From contig CAWDVR010000002.1 in the NCBI GenBank assembly GCA_963805975.1, positions 1,152,001 to 1,216,000 of the forward strand: DNA of 64,000 nt. Reading direction: 5' to 3'. Made by a program: the position numbers and the translations under genes. The notes beneath the pieces are model-generated. The model did not search any database, was not told where the DNA came from, and saw nothing but the letters and a program-made list of their open reading frames with translations. Shown here piece after piece: positions 1 through 9,847 of this stretch. Position 1 is the first letter of the stretch. Every line of letters begins with the position of its first letter. The DNA comes from an uncultured Acidobacteriota bacterium (GTDB taxonomy: Bacteria; Acidobacteriota; Thermoanaerobaculia; Multivoradales; SZUA-115).

Positions 1-840
1 GCCAGGGTCTTCGTCCGCCTGGGGGTGCGCAAGATCCGCCTCACGGGGGGCGAGCCCCTGGTGCGTCGCGATCTGCCCGAGCTGGTCGGGCTCCTCGCCG
101 GCATCGAGGGCCTCGAGGACCTGACGCTCACCACCAACGGCACCCTCCTCGCTCCCCTGGCCGCGAAGCTGCGGGCGGCGGGGCTCGACCGCGTCACCAT
201 CAGCCTCGACTCGCTCGACGAGGCGGTCTTCCGCCGCATGAGCGACACCCACCTGCTGCCCGGCGAGGTGCTCGCCGGCATCGAGGCGGCGGCCGCCGCG
301 GGCCTCGCGCCGATCAAGGTCAACACCGTGGTGGTGCGCGGCGTCAACGACCACACGATCGTCGACCTCGCCCGCCACTTCCAGGGCACGGGCGTCATCG
401 TGCGCTTCATCGAGTACATGGACGTGGGCAACAGCAACCGCTGGTGCCTCGACCAGGTGGTGCCGGCGAGAGAGATCCTGGAGCGGATCGGCGCCGAGCT
501 GCCGCTCGAGCCGATCGAGCCCAACTACCGGGGCGAGGTCGCCCGGCGCTGGCGCTACCGGGACGGGAGCGGCGAGATCGGCATCATCGCCTCGGTCACC
601 GCCCCCTTCTGCGGCGACTGCAGCCGCGCCCGCCTGTCGTCGGACGGCAAGCTCTTCACCTGCCTGTTCGCGAGCCAGGGCCACGATCTGCGCGCCCTGG
701 TCCGCGCCGGTCTGAGCGCGGCCGACCTCGAGCGCGAGGTGGCCGCGCTGTGGCGGGCGCGAGGCGACCGCTACTCCGAGATCCGCTCGGAGGCCACCTG
801 GGAGCGGCAGAAGGTCGAGATGTCGCACATCGGGGGCTAG
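1..840 (+). CDS. moaA: GTP 3',8-cyclase (molybdenum cofactor biosynthesis), 5' end outside window
   Basis: Frame 1 is open from base 1. Motifs KIRLTGGEPL, LTTNG, ISLDSLD, RFIEYMD, CGDCSRARL...CLF and the C-terminal MSHIGG are typical of MoaA. Confidence 0.95.
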   Translation, partial: ARVFVRLGVRKIRLTGGEPLVRRDLPELVGLLAGIEGLEDLTLTTNGTLLAPLAAKLRAAGLDRVTISLDSLDEAVFRRMSDTHLLPGEVLAGIEAAAAAGLAPIKVNTVVVRGVNDHTIVDLARHFQGTGVIVRFIEYMDVGNSNRWCLDQVVPAREILERIGAELPLEPIEPNYRGEVARRWRYRDGSGEIGIIASVTAPFCGDCSRARLSSDGKLFTCLFASQGHDLRALVRAGLSAADLEREVAALWRARGDRYSEIRSEATWERQKVEMSHIGG

Positions 841-843
841 AAG

Positions 844-1695
844 ATGCGCCGGCTCTCCCCCATCGCGCTGGTGCTCGCCGCCCTGTTCGGTGCCCCGGCG
901 GCAGAGGCCGCGGGCGCGCCCGCGGCGCTCACCGCGGCGCCGGGCACGGTGGTGCGCTGGCCGGGCGCCGGCATCGAGCGCTGCGGCATGGGGGGCGAGG
1001 AGTGGGTACCGATCGCCGGCGCCTGCTGGTACGCGATCGACCTGCTGACCCCGCCGGGGCCGCTCGAGCTCTCGCGGCGGCGCGAGGGCGGGCGCGAGAA
1101 GGCGGTGGTGACGGTCGGCAAGTACCCCTACGAGACGCAGTCGCTCCAGGTGGACGACCGCCAGGTGCACCTCTCGCCGGCCGACCTGGCGCGGAGCGAA
1201 CGGGAGTCCGCGGCCGTGGGCAAGCTCTGGGGCCGGCGGGGCGAGCCCCGCTTCGCGCTGCCGCTCGGCGCCCCGCTCGCCCGCCTGCCCGAGAGCGCGC
1301 GCTTCGGGGCCCGGCGCGTGTTCAACGGCGAGACGCGGAGCCCGCACAGCGGCGCCGACTACAAGGCCGCCACGGGCACGCCGGTGATGGCCGTCGCCGA
1401 CGCCACCGTGGCGCTCGCCGCCGACCACTTCTTCTCGGGCGGCAGCGTCTTCCTGGACCACGGCGACGGCCTCTTCAGCATGTACTTCCATCTGAGCAAG
1501 ATCGACGTCAAAGCGGGCGCCGAGGTGCGGCGCGGGCAAAAGATCGGCGAGGTCGGCTCGACCGGCCGCGCCACCGGCCCCCACCTCCACTTCGGGCTGC
1601 GCTGGCGCGGCGCCCGCATCGATCCCACGCTGCTCCTGGGCGATCCCGCGAGAGTGAGCGCGATCGGCCCCTCATCCCAGCCCTCTCCCCGCTGA
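844..1695 (+). CDS. Secreted M23-family metallopeptidase
   Basis: Signal peptide, HSGAD (HxxxD) and TGPHLHFG (HxH) zinc motifs. Confidence 0.92.
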   Translation: MRRLSPIALVLAALFGAPAAEAAGAPAALTAAPGTVVRWPGAGIERCGMGGEEWVPIAGACWYAIDLLTPPGPLELSRRREGGREKAVVTVGKYPYETQSLQVDDRQVHLSPADLARSERESAAVGKLWGRRGEPRFALPLGAPLARLPESARFGARRVFNGETRSPHSGADYKAATGTPVMAVADATVALAADHFFSGGSVFLDHGDGLFSMYFHLSKIDVKAGAEVRRGQKIGEVGSTGRATGPHLHFGLRWRGARIDPTLLLGDPARVSAIGPSSQPSPR

Positions 1696-1706
1696 GCCGG
1701 GCAAGG
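1668..1706. repeat. REP-like palindromic unit, copy 1, containing the M23 gene stop codon
   Basis: cccctcatcccagccctctccccgctgagccgggcaagg resembles the units at 21132 and 23198. Confidence 0.65.
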
Positions 1707-1718
1707 CGGCCAGCTCTC

Positions 1719-2180
1719 GTGTCAGAAGTTCTCCGCAAGAAGCTCCTGCCGCGCATCGGCTGGCGCGAATGGGTGGCTCTGCCGCGGCTCGGCGTGCCGT
1801 ACGTCAAGGCCAAGGTGGACACCGGCGCCCGCAGCTCCGCCCTCCACGCCTCCGACGTGCGACCTGTGCAGCGCGACGGCGAGCCCTGGGTGCAGTTCCG
1901 CATCCAGCCCTTGCAGCGCGAGGCGCGGTTGTCGGTGCTGGTGGAGGCGCCGCTCGTCGACGAGCGCTGGGTGCGCTCCTCCACCGGCCGGCCCACCCTG
2001 CGGCCGGTGATCAAGACCACGATCACCCTCGGCGGGCGGAGCTGGCCGATCGAGATCACGCTGGTGCGGCGCGACCTGATGGGATTTCGTATGCTCCTCG
2101 GCCGGCAGGCGATCCGGAACCGCTTCCTGGTTCACCCCGGCCGCTCGTTTCTTGCCGGCGGCATGCCCCCATCCCTCTGA
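1719..2180 (+). CDS. RimK-associated retropepsin-like protease (RimB / ATP-dependent Zn protease family)
   Basis: In-frame GTG at 1719. Motifs [30 protein letters not shown] and MGFRMLLGR. Lies directly upstream of rimK. Confidence 0.88.
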   Translation: MSEVLRKKLLPRIGWREWVALPRLGVPYVKAKVDTGARSSALHASDVRPVQRDGEPWVQFRIQPLQREARLSVLVEAPLVDERWVRSSTGRPTLRPVIKTTITLGGRSWPIEITLVRRDLMGFRMLLGRQAIRNRFLVHPGRSFLAGGMPPSL

Positions 2181-2191
2181 GGAGCTCCATC

Positions 2192-3097
2192 ATGAAGATC
2201 GGCATCCTGTCGCGCGATCCCGCTCTCTACTCCACCTCCCGCCTGCGCGAGGCCGGCGAGGCGCGCGGCCACGAGGTCGAGGTGGTCGACTACCTGCGCT
2301 GCTACATGAACATCACCTCGCGCGAGCCGGCGGTGATCTACCGCGGCCGGCGCCTCCGCTTCGACGCCGTGATCCCCCGGATCGGCGCCACCCACACTTT
2401 CTACGGCACGGCCGTGGTGCGGCAGTTCGAGGTGATGGGCGTGTATCTCGGCCAACGAGTCGCAGGCCATCACCCGCTCGCGCGACAAGCTGCGCTCGCT
2501 GCAGCTCCTCTCCCGGGCCGGCATCGGCCTGCCGGTCACCGGCTTCGCCCACTCGACCAAGGACATCGACGACCTGATCGAGAGCGTGGGCGGGCCGCCG
2601 CTGATCATCAAGCTGCTCGAGGGCACGCAGGGCATCGGCGTGGTGCTCGCCGAGACCAAGCAGGCCGCGGAGTCGGTGATCGCCGCCTTCCGCCAGCTCG
2701 ACGCCAACATCCTCGTCCAGGAGTTCATCAAGGAGGCCGGCGGCGCCGACATCCGCGCCTTCGTGGTCGGCGGCAAGGTGGTCGCCGCCATGAAGCGGCA
2801 GGCGCCGCCCGGCGAGTTCCGCTCGAACCTCCACCGCGGCGGCACTGCCGAGAAGGTGAAGCTCACCCCCGAGGAGCGCTCGATCGCCGTGCGCGCGGCG
2901 AAGACCCTGGGGCTCAACGTCGCCGGCGTCGACCTGCTGCGCTCGAACCACGGCCCGGTGGTGATGGAGGTCAACTCGAGCGCCCGGCCTCGAAGGGCAT
3001 CGAGCGCGCCACGGGGATCGACGTCGCGGCCAAGGTGATCGCGCTGCTCGAAAAGAGCACCCTGCCGGGCAGCACCCAGCCCCGCGTGCAGGGTTAG
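2192..3097 (+). CDS. rimK: Ribosomal protein S6 glutamate ligase (ATP-grasp) with three apparent +1 insertions (~2450, ~2982, ~2995)
   Basis: MKIGILSR...[14 protein letters not shown], then in the shifted frame [35 protein letters not shown], and EVNSS|PGLE|GIE across two more shifts. RBS GAGGAG. Confidence 0.9.
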   Translation: MKIGILSRDPALYSTSRLREAGEARGHEVEVVDYLRCYMNITSREPAVIYRGRRLRFDAVIPRIGATHTFYGTAVVRQFEVMGVYLGQRVAGHHPLARQAALAAAPLPGRHRPAGHRLRPLDQGHRRPDRERGRAAADHQAARGHAGHRRGARRDQAGRGVGDRRLPPARRQHPRPGVHQGGRRRRHPRLRGRRQGGRRHEAAGAARRVPLEPPPRRHCREGEAHPRGALDRRARGEDPGAQRRRRRPAALEPRPGGDGGQLERPASKGIERATGIDVAAKVIALLEKSTLPGSTQPRVQG

Positions 3098-3292
3098 TCG
3101 CTGCCGTAACGTTAGCTCGACCCACCGGCCTATCCCTCGTGCGCTCGCCGGACGAGCGACGCGCGAACGCTCCAAGAGCATGTCCGTGCTCAAGAGAAGG
3201 TTACTGGAAATGAAGCATTGCGCGGCCCGTGACGGAGCAAAAAATCGAGATAGGGTTCAGGGTTCGGGACCGGCAAGCAAGGAGAGAAAGCC

Positions 3293-3556
3293 ATGGACAC
3301 GACTGAGATCCGCGCCAAGATCAAGCAGATCATTGCCAACGTCACCAACATCGATCCCACGAGGATCGGCGATCGCGACTCGTTCATCGACGACCTGAAC
3401 CTCGACTCGCTGTCGCTGCTCGAGATCGGCGTCGACGTGGACTACAACTTCAAGCTCAACCTGCCCGAAGACCGCATGCGCGAGCTGCGCACGGTGGAGG
3501 ACACCACCAACCTGGTGCTGTCGCGGCAGCGCGAGCTGGCGGAGGTCGCCTCCTGA
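3293..3556 (+). CDS. Acyl carrier protein
   Basis: 87 aa, acidic, DLNLDSLSLLEI phosphopantetheine-Ser motif, RBS AAGGAG. Confidence 0.92.
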   Translation: MDTTEIRAKIKQIIANVTNIDPTRIGDRDSFIDDLNLDSLSLLEIGVDVDYNFKLNLPEDRMRELRTVEDTTNLVLSRQRELAEVAS

Positions 3557-4806
3557 TGCCACGGACGCGGGACGGCCGCCTGCGGGTCGCCGTCACCGGC
3601 ATCGGCGCCGTGACCTCGATCGGCGTCGGCCGCCAAGCGGTGTGGGCGAGCCTGCTCGCAGGCAGGTGCGGCACCTCCCCCGTCGAGTCCTTCGACACCG
3701 GCCGCTACAACGTGAAGCAGGGCGGCGAGATCAAGAGCTTCGCCGCCCAGGGGTATCTGCGGACACTAGAGGCTGCGGCCCTCGGCCGTGCCTCGCAGCT
3801 CGCCGCCGCCGCCGCCCGACTGGCGCTCGAGGACGGCGGGCTCGAGGTGGACGACTTCGAGGCCTTGGGCCTCGACCCGGCGCGCGCCGGCGTCGCCATG
3901 GGCACCACCTCCGGCGAGCCGCAGGAGGTCGAGCGGCTCGACGATCACCTGGTGGCCGGCAACCTGGAGCAGGCGGGGCGAGGGTTCATCCGCCGCTACC
4001 CCTGTCACGTGATCGCCGCCCACGTCGCCGGCGAGGTCGGCTTCGGCGGCGTCAACGTGATGATCCCCACCGCCTGCGCGGCGGGCAACTACGCCATCGC
4101 CTACGCCCTGGACGCGCTGCGGGCCGGGCGCGCGGACGTGATGCTCGCCGGCGGCGCCGACTGCTTCTCGCGCATCACCTACACCGGCTTCGCGCGGCTG
4201 GGGGCGATCGCCCCGGACGTCTGCCGCCCGTTCGACAAGAACCGCCAGGGCATGATTCCCGGCGAGGGCGCGGCCGTGCTGCTGCTCGAGCCGCTGGATC
4301 GCGCCCGGGGGCGCGGCGCCCGGATCTACGCCGAGGTGGCGGGCTACGGCCTCTCCTGCGACGCGCACCACATGACGGCGGCGCACCCGGAGGGGGAGGG
4401 CGCGGCGCGGGCCATGGAGCGGGCGCTCGCGATGAGCGGCCTCACGCCGGCGGACGTCTCCTACGTGAGCGCCCACGGCACCGGCACGCCGACCAACGAC
4501 CGCCTGGAGGCGATCGCCGTCAAGCGGGTGTTCGGCGAGCGCTCGCGGACCACGCCGATGAGCTCCGTCAAATCCATGCTCGGCCACACCATGGGCGCCG
4601 CCTCGGCGATCGAGGCCGCGGTCTGCGCGCTGGCGGTGGCGGAGGACCGCGTGCCGCCGACCATCCACTTCGAAGAGGCCGACCCCGAGATCGAGGTCGA
4701 CTGCGTGCCCAACGTGGCGCGCGACTTCCCGGTCCACGTGGCGATGAACAACGCCTACGCTTTCGGCGGCAACAACGCCTCGACGGTTTTCCGCAAGTGC
4801 AACTAG
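3556..4806 (+). CDS. Beta-ketoacyl-ACP synthase (FabF-like / KS-alpha), catalytic triad intact
   Basis: TACAAG (Cys codon 4075-4077), SAHGTGT, KSMLGH, AFGGNN. One-base overlap with the ACP stop. Confidence 0.92.
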   Translation: MPRTRDGRLRVAVTGIGAVTSIGVGRQAVWASLLAGRCGTSPVESFDTGRYNVKQGGEIKSFAAQGYLRTLEAAALGRASQLAAAAARLALEDGGLEVDDFEALGLDPARAGVAMGTTSGEPQEVERLDDHLVAGNLEQAGRGFIRRYPCHVIAAHVAGEVGFGGVNVMIPTACAAGNYAIAYALDALRAGRADVMLAGGADCFSRITYTGFARLGAIAPDVCRPFDKNRQGMIPGEGAAVLLLEPLDRARGRGARIYAEVAGYGLSCDAHHMTAAHPEGEGAARAMERALAMSGLTPADVSYVSAHGTGTPTNDRLEAIAVKRVFGERSRTTPMSSVKSMLGHTMGAASAIEAAVCALAVAEDRVPPTIHFEEADPEIEVDCVPNVARDFPVHVAMNNAYAFGGNNASTVFRKCN

Positions 4807-6050
4807 GCAGCGGCGAGCGGCGCGTGGTGATCACCGGGGTGGGATTGATCTCCCCCCTGGGCGACTCCGTGTGCGCTTTCAACGAGTCTTTGCGCGCCGG
4901 CACCGTGGCCCTGGGGCCGGTCGAGCTCTTCCCGCTCGACGGCCTGCCGCCGTACCACGCCGGCGAGATCAAGGGGTTCGACCCGGCGACCTACTTCGGC
5001 GACCGCAACTACCGGCCCCTCGACCGCAACTCGCGCCTCGCGACCGTCGCCGCCCAGTTGGCGCTCAGCGCGAGCGGGCTCGCCCTCCCCGCGGCGCGAA
5101 GCGAGCGCATCGGCCTCGTGCTGGGCACGATGTTCGGCAGCGTACGCACCATCGCCGAGTTCGACCGCCGCGGCCTGACCGCGGGCCCGTCTTACGTCAA
5201 GCCGCTCGACTTCGCCAACAGCGTGATCAACGCCCCGGCCGGCCAGACCGCGATCTGGCACGGGCTGGCCGGCGTCAACTCGACGATCACCGGCGGCGCC
5301 ACGGCCGGCGTGCAGGCGATCGCCTACGCCGCGGACCTGATCCGCGCCGGCCATGCGCCGGTGCTCCTCGCCGGCGGTGCGGACGAGCTGTCGTACGAGT
5401 CGCTCCTCGGCTTCGACCGTGCCGGTCTCCTACATCCCGCGGGCGACGGCTTTCCCGTGCCCTTCGCGAGCGGCCGCGCCGGCTTCGCGCTGGGCGAAGG
5501 CGCCGCGTTGCTGGTGCTCGAGGAGCGGACCTCGGCCGAGCGCCGCGGGGCGCCGATCCTCGCCGAGGTCTCCGGGCACGGCTCCGCTTTCGACACTTCG
5601 CTCGGCACCAGCGAGAGCGCTGCGTCCGAAGCCCTGGAACGCGCCATCCGCCTGGCCCTCGACGATGCGGGGATCGACGTGGCGGAGATCGGTGCCATAT
5701 CTTGCGGTGCCGCCGGCAGCGTCGCCGGGGACCGCGCCGAGGCGCTGGGGATCGCGGCGGCGCTGGGCGCGGCGGCGCGCCGGGTGCCCGTTTTCGCGGT
5801 CAAGGCCCACCTCGGCGAGACCCTGGGGGCGGCGGGCGGCTTCCAGGCCGCCGCGCTCCTGGGCGCTTTCGCGAGCGGCACCGTGCCCGGCATCCCCGGC
5901 CTCGGCAACCACGGCCTCGCGAGCACCGATCCCGAGATCCCGCTGGCTCTCGGTTCCGCGCCGCGCGCCGCCGAGGTCCGCCACGGCCTGGTCACGGCGA
6001 TGGGGCTCGACGGCCAGGTCTCCGCCGTCGTCCTGTCGAGACCCGTATGA
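4797..6050 (+). CDS. Non-catalytic ketosynthase / chain-length-factor-like subunit
   Basis: GTG at 4797 overlaps the KS 3' end. KS-fold motifs RVVITGVG and GFALGEGA are present, but TACAAG is GGATAG, AHGTGT is CGAAGS and LGH is LGE. Confidence 0.85.
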   Translation: MQLGSGERRVVITGVGLISPLGDSVCAFNESLRAGTVALGPVELFPLDGLPPYHAGEIKGFDPATYFGDRNYRPLDRNSRLATVAAQLALSASGLALPAARSERIGLVLGTMFGSVRTIAEFDRRGLTAGPSYVKPLDFANSVINAPAGQTAIWHGLAGVNSTITGGATAGVQAIAYAADLIRAGHAPVLLAGGADELSYESLLGFDRAGLLHPAGDGFPVPFASGRAGFALGEGAALLVLEERTSAERRGAPILAEVSGHGSAFDTSLGTSESAASEALERAIRLALDDAGIDVAEIGAISCGAAGSVAGDRAEALGIAAALGAAARRVPVFAVKAHLGETLGAAGGFQAAALLGAFASGTVPGIPGLGNHGLASTDPEIPLALGSAPRAAEVRHGLVTAMGLDGQVSAVVLSRPV

Positions 6051-6562
6051 AGAGCGCTCGCCGGCGGCTGTGCCCGACGCTCCTGGCCGTGCTCGGCCTG
6101 CTCGCACTGGCCGGAGGCTGCCGGCGCGACCTCGGGCCGACGATCGCGGTCGGCGAGCCGGCGCCCGTCTTCGAGCTGGACGACCTCTCCGGCGGCACCC
6201 TCGGCAGCACGGAGCTGGCCGGCGAGCTGGTGGTGGTCAACTTCTGGGCCACCTGGTGCGGCCCTTGCCGGCGGGAGATCCCGGCTCTCAAGGAGCTCGA
6301 CGCGCAGCCGGACGTGCGGGTGGTGGGCATCAGCCTCGACATCGATGCCACTGCAGAGGTGCAGAAGTTCGTGGACAAGAACCGGATCGGCTACACGGTG
6401 CTCCTCGGCAACGAGGCAGTGGCGGGGAGCTATCGGGTGACGGCGATCCCCACCACCGTGGTGCTCGACCGCGCGCAGAAAGTGGTGGGCGTCTACCGCG
6501 GGCTGGTCTCCCGGCGGACGCTCGAAGCGGCGCTGGATCGCGCCCGCAAAGCAACGGCTTGA
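6047..6562 (+). CDS. TlpA/ResA-like thiol-disulfide oxidoreductase, predicted lipoprotein
   Basis: ATGA overlap with the CLF stop. Signal peptide ending LAGGC, VVNFWATWCGPC and AIP (cis-Pro loop). Confidence 0.88.
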   Translation: MKSARRRLCPTLLAVLGLLALAGGCRRDLGPTIAVGEPAPVFELDDLSGGTLGSTELAGELVVVNFWATWCGPCRREIPALKELDAQPDVRVVGISLDIDATAEVQKFVDKNRIGYTVLLGNEAVAGSYRVTAIPTTVVLDRAQKVVGVYRGLVSRRTLEAALDRARKATA

Positions 6563-6599
6563 GAGCGATCGAACATCGGGTTCGAGGAAGGAGCTGGCG

Positions 6600-8414
6600 A
6601 TGAAAGACAAGGCATTGCAACACCAGAAGAGCAAGCGCATGCCGGAGGACGGCGAGCACTTCGACGTCGCCATCCTGGGCGGCGGTCTCGCCGGCGCGTG
6701 CCTGGCGCGCCAGCTCCTGCTCTACAGTGAAAAAAAAGTCGTCATCATCGACAAGCGCGAGGAGCTGCCGGCACCCGGCCAGAAGGTCGGCGAGGCCACG
6801 GTGCAGGCCTCGGCCTTCTACTACAGCAAGGTGCTGGACCTCGAAGAGCACCTGCTCTGCGACCACCTGATGAAGTACAACCTCCGCTTCTACTGGAAGT
6901 CGGCCGGCCGCGACAACCGCAACATGGAGGACTTCGGCCAGGGCTACATCCGCTATCTCTCGAACATCGCCTGCTACCAGCTCGACCGCAACCGCATCGA
7001 GGCCGAGACGCTGCGCCTGAACCTCGAGAACGAGCGCTTCACCCTGGCGGCGCCGACGAAAAACCTCGACATCCAGCTCGCCAAGCCGGGCCCCCATCGC
7101 CTGAGCTTCGACCGCGCCGACGGCGGCAAGGTGAACCTCTCGGCCGATTGGGTGGTGGACTGCTCCGGCCGCGCCCGCATCCTGGCCCACAAGATGGACC
7201 TCGGCCGGCCGGGCTCGATCCGCCACGGCTCGATCTTCATGTGGGTCGACGGCCTGCTCAACATCGAGAAGCTCACCGACCTGCCGCGGCTCGAGATGAT
7301 CCGCAAGCGCGACCGCGCCGCCCTGGGCCACCTGCCCACCTGGCTCGCCACCAACCACTTCTGCGGCGAGGGGTTCTGGTTCTGGGTGATCCCCCTCCAG
7401 GGCCAGACCAGCCTCGGCCTGGTGTTCGACCGCGCGATGATCGACCATCGCGACGTCAACACCCCCGAGAAGCTCATCGACTGGGTGTGCCGCGAGTTCC
7501 CGCTCTTCGAGCGCGACCTGCCGCACCGCAAGATCAACCACTTCGCCGGCATCCCGGACTACGGCTACGACTGCGCGCAGACGATCAGCGCCGACAAATG
7601 GGCCATGGCCGGCATGGCGGGCCGCTTCTCGGACCCCCTCTACTCGCCGGGCGGCGACCTGATCTCGATCTACAACACGCTGATCACCGACGCGATCCTG
7701 ACCGACGACCCGGAGGAGCTCGCCACCAAGGTGCGCTCCTACGAGCAGGTGATGCGCGCCGCCTACGAGGCCTACGTGCCGAGCTTCGCCGACTCCTACA
7801 ACGTGCTCGGCGACCAGGAGGGCTACTGCCTCAAGTACACCTGGGAGCTCGCCATCTACTTCTCCTTCTACGTCTTCCCGTTCATCAACGGCCTCTTCAC
7901 CGACCGCCGCTTCCTGCCCGCGTTCTTCAACCGCTTCGGCCGCCTGGGGCCGATCAACCGCAACCTGCAGACGTTCATCGCCGAGTACGCGCGCTGGGCC
8001 AAGACCGGGCTCACGGCGCCCGAGGAGCCGATCTTCCACGACTTCACGGAGCTGCGGCCCCTGGCGGCGGCGGCCGAGACCTTCTACAAGATGGGCATCG
8101 AGGTCGACGAAGCCAAGCAGGTGCTCGCGGAGCAGCTCGTAAACCTCGAGGAGCTGGCGCGCTTCACCCTCGCCTACCTCACCTCGGTGGTGGTGGGCGA
8201 CGAGGCGGCCGTGCACCACAAGGAGCTCGTGGAGTCGATCGACCTCAACGACTACCGCTTCGACCCCGAGGCGTTGCGCCAGAGGTGGGCGATGGCCGGG
8301 AAGCCCTCCGGGAGCTATGCCTGGCGCCTCGACCCGCGGGCGGCCGAGAAGTTCCGTCGGGCCCGGCGGCTGACCCACGCGGACGTCGAGGCGGAGGCGA
8401 TGGCCGTCTCGTGA
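6600..8414 (+). CDS. Flavin-dependent halogenase-like FAD oxidoreductase
   Basis: GGGLAG Rossmann motif, KVGEA, YQLDR, DCSGR, WFWVIP (WxWxIP, 7377-7394) and FSDPLYSPG. RBS AAGGAG. Confidence 0.78.
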   Translation: MKDKALQHQKSKRMPEDGEHFDVAILGGGLAGACLARQLLLYSEKKVVIIDKREELPAPGQKVGEATVQASAFYYSKVLDLEEHLLCDHLMKYNLRFYWKSAGRDNRNMEDFGQGYIRYLSNIACYQLDRNRIEAETLRLNLENERFTLAAPTKNLDIQLAKPGPHRLSFDRADGGKVNLSADWVVDCSGRARILAHKMDLGRPGSIRHGSIFMWVDGLLNIEKLTDLPRLEMIRKRDRAALGHLPTWLATNHFCGEGFWFWVIPLQGQTSLGLVFDRAMIDHRDVNTPEKLIDWVCREFPLFERDLPHRKINHFAGIPDYGYDCAQTISADKWAMAGMAGRFSDPLYSPGGDLISIYNTLITDAILTDDPEELATKVRSYEQVMRAAYEAYVPSFADSYNVLGDQEGYCLKYTWELAIYFSFYVFPFINGLFTDRRFLPAFFNRFGRLGPINRNLQTFIAEYARWAKTGLTAPEEPIFHDFTELRPLAAAAETFYKMGIEVDEAKQVLAEQLVNLEELARFTLAYLTSVVVGDEAAVHHKELVESIDLNDYRFDPEALRQRWAMAGKPSGSYAWRLDPRAAEKFRRARRLTHADVEAEAMAVS

Positions 8415-9847
8415 AGAGCGAGCCCGAGCTCGTGGACTTAGCAGCCGGTCTCGAACGGATCTTCGATCGGGTGCCCGAGGAAGGCTCGGGGCCGGTCGCG
8501 GGCATCGAGGGCGAGCTACCCGCGTGGCTTCGCGGCACGCTGTACCTCACGGGCCCGGCGCGCTTCCACCGCGGCGAGACGCGCTATCGCCACTGGCTCG
8601 ACGGCGACGGCATGGTCTGCGCCCTCCGTTTCTCCGAAGAGGCTGGCACCTCTAGCAGCACCTTCGCCAGCCGTTTCGTGCGCAGCCACAAGTGGGTGGC
8701 CGAGGAGGGTGCCGGCCGCGCCCTCTTCCGCACCTTCGGCACGCGCTTTCCCGGCGACCAGCTCCTGCGCGGGGTGGCTCTCGCTTCGCCGGTCAACGTC
8801 TCCGTGGTGCCCTTCGCGGGCAAGCTCCTCGCGTTCGGAGAGCAGGGCCTGCCCTGGGAGCTCGACCTGACGACCCTCGAGACCCGTGGCGAGCACACCT
8901 TCGGCGGCAGGCTCAACCCTATCTCGCCGCTCTCCGCCCACCCGAAGATCGACTGCACGACGCACGAGATGCTCAACTTCGGCATCTCCTACGCGACGGC
9001 CGAGCCCACGCTGACGCTCTACCGCTTCGCCGCGGACGGCCGGCTCCTCTACCGCCGGCGACACGGCCTCGAGCTGCCCTACTCAGTGCACGACTTCAAC
9101 CTGTCGCAGCGCTACGCCGTGCTCCACCTCGGCCCGTACCTCATGGACGTGGGCAGGTTCATGAAGGAAGGCGCCACCGTGATGGAGTCGCTCTCCTGGG
9201 AGCCCGAGCGCGGCAGCCGCCTCGCCGTCTTCTCGCGCGAGACCGGTGACCTCGTCTGCTCGGTGCCGGTGGGGAGCGGCTACTGCCTGCATCACGTCAA
9301 CGCCTTCGAAGACGAGGACGGGCGGCTGGTGGTCGACCTCCTGGAGCTCGAAGAGCCCGTGTACAAAGACTACGAGCCTCTGCCCCAGCTCTTCGTCGAT
9401 GTCCGCCCCGCGCACCCGACCCGCTTCGTCGTCGACCCCGTCACCGGCACGCTGCTCGAAACGATCCGTCTCCCCTTCACCCTGGCAGCGGACTTCCCCG
9501 TCCACGACCCGGCCCTCACCTGCCTCCCCTACCGCCAGTTCTGGATGCTCGGGATCTCCACCACCGGGAAACCGGGGCGAAAGTTCCTCGACCGGCTGTG
9601 CCGGGGGGACTGGGAGACGGGCGAGGTAGAGACCATCTACACCCCGCCTGCCGGCAGCTTCCTCGCCGGCGAGCCGGTGTTCGTGGCGGCGCCGGACGGA
9701 AGCGAGGAGGAGGGCGTGGTGCTGGTGCCCGAGCTGAACCTCGAAACCGGCACCACGAGGTTCCTGGTGGTGGGAAAGGACGTGGCCAGGATCGAGCTGG
9801 GGCGAGCGATCCACACCTGCTTTCATGCCGGATGGAGTTTCGGCTGA
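8411..9847 (+). CDS. Carotenoid/lignostilbene cleavage dioxygenase (RPE65/CCD family)
   Basis: GTGA overlap with the upstream stop. Motifs GELPAWLRG, HWLDGDGMV and GEPVFV, plus four putative Fe-ligand His (SAHPK, SVHDF, CLHHVN, CFHAGW). Confidence 0.9.
   Translation: MKSEPELVDLAAGLERIFDRVPEEGSGPVAGIEGELPAWLRGTLYLTGPARFHRGETRYRHWLDGDGMVCALRFSEEAGTSSSTFASRFVRSHKWVAEEGAGRALFRTFGTRFPGDQLLRGVALASPVNVSVVPFAGKLLAFGEQGLPWELDLTTLETRGEHTFGGRLNPISPLSAHPKIDCTTHEMLNFGISYATAEPTLTLYRFAADGRLLYRRRHGLELPYSVHDFNLSQRYAVLHLGPYLMDVGRFMKEGATVMESLSWEPERGSRLAVFSRETGDLVCSVPVGSGYCLHHVNAFEDEDGRLVVDLLELEEPVYKDYEPLPQLFVDVRPAHPTRFVVDPVTGTLLETIRLPFTLAADFPVHDPALTCLPYRQFWMLGISTTGKPGRKFLDRLCRGDWETGEVETIYTPPAGSFLAGEPVFVAAPDGSEEEGVVLVPELNLETGTTRFLVVGKDVARIELGRAIHTCFHAGWSFG

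Noticed and set aside
2192-3097. Programmed frameshifting in rimK
   Set aside because: There are no slippery sequences, and similar single-base indels in unrelated genes point to sequencing error.
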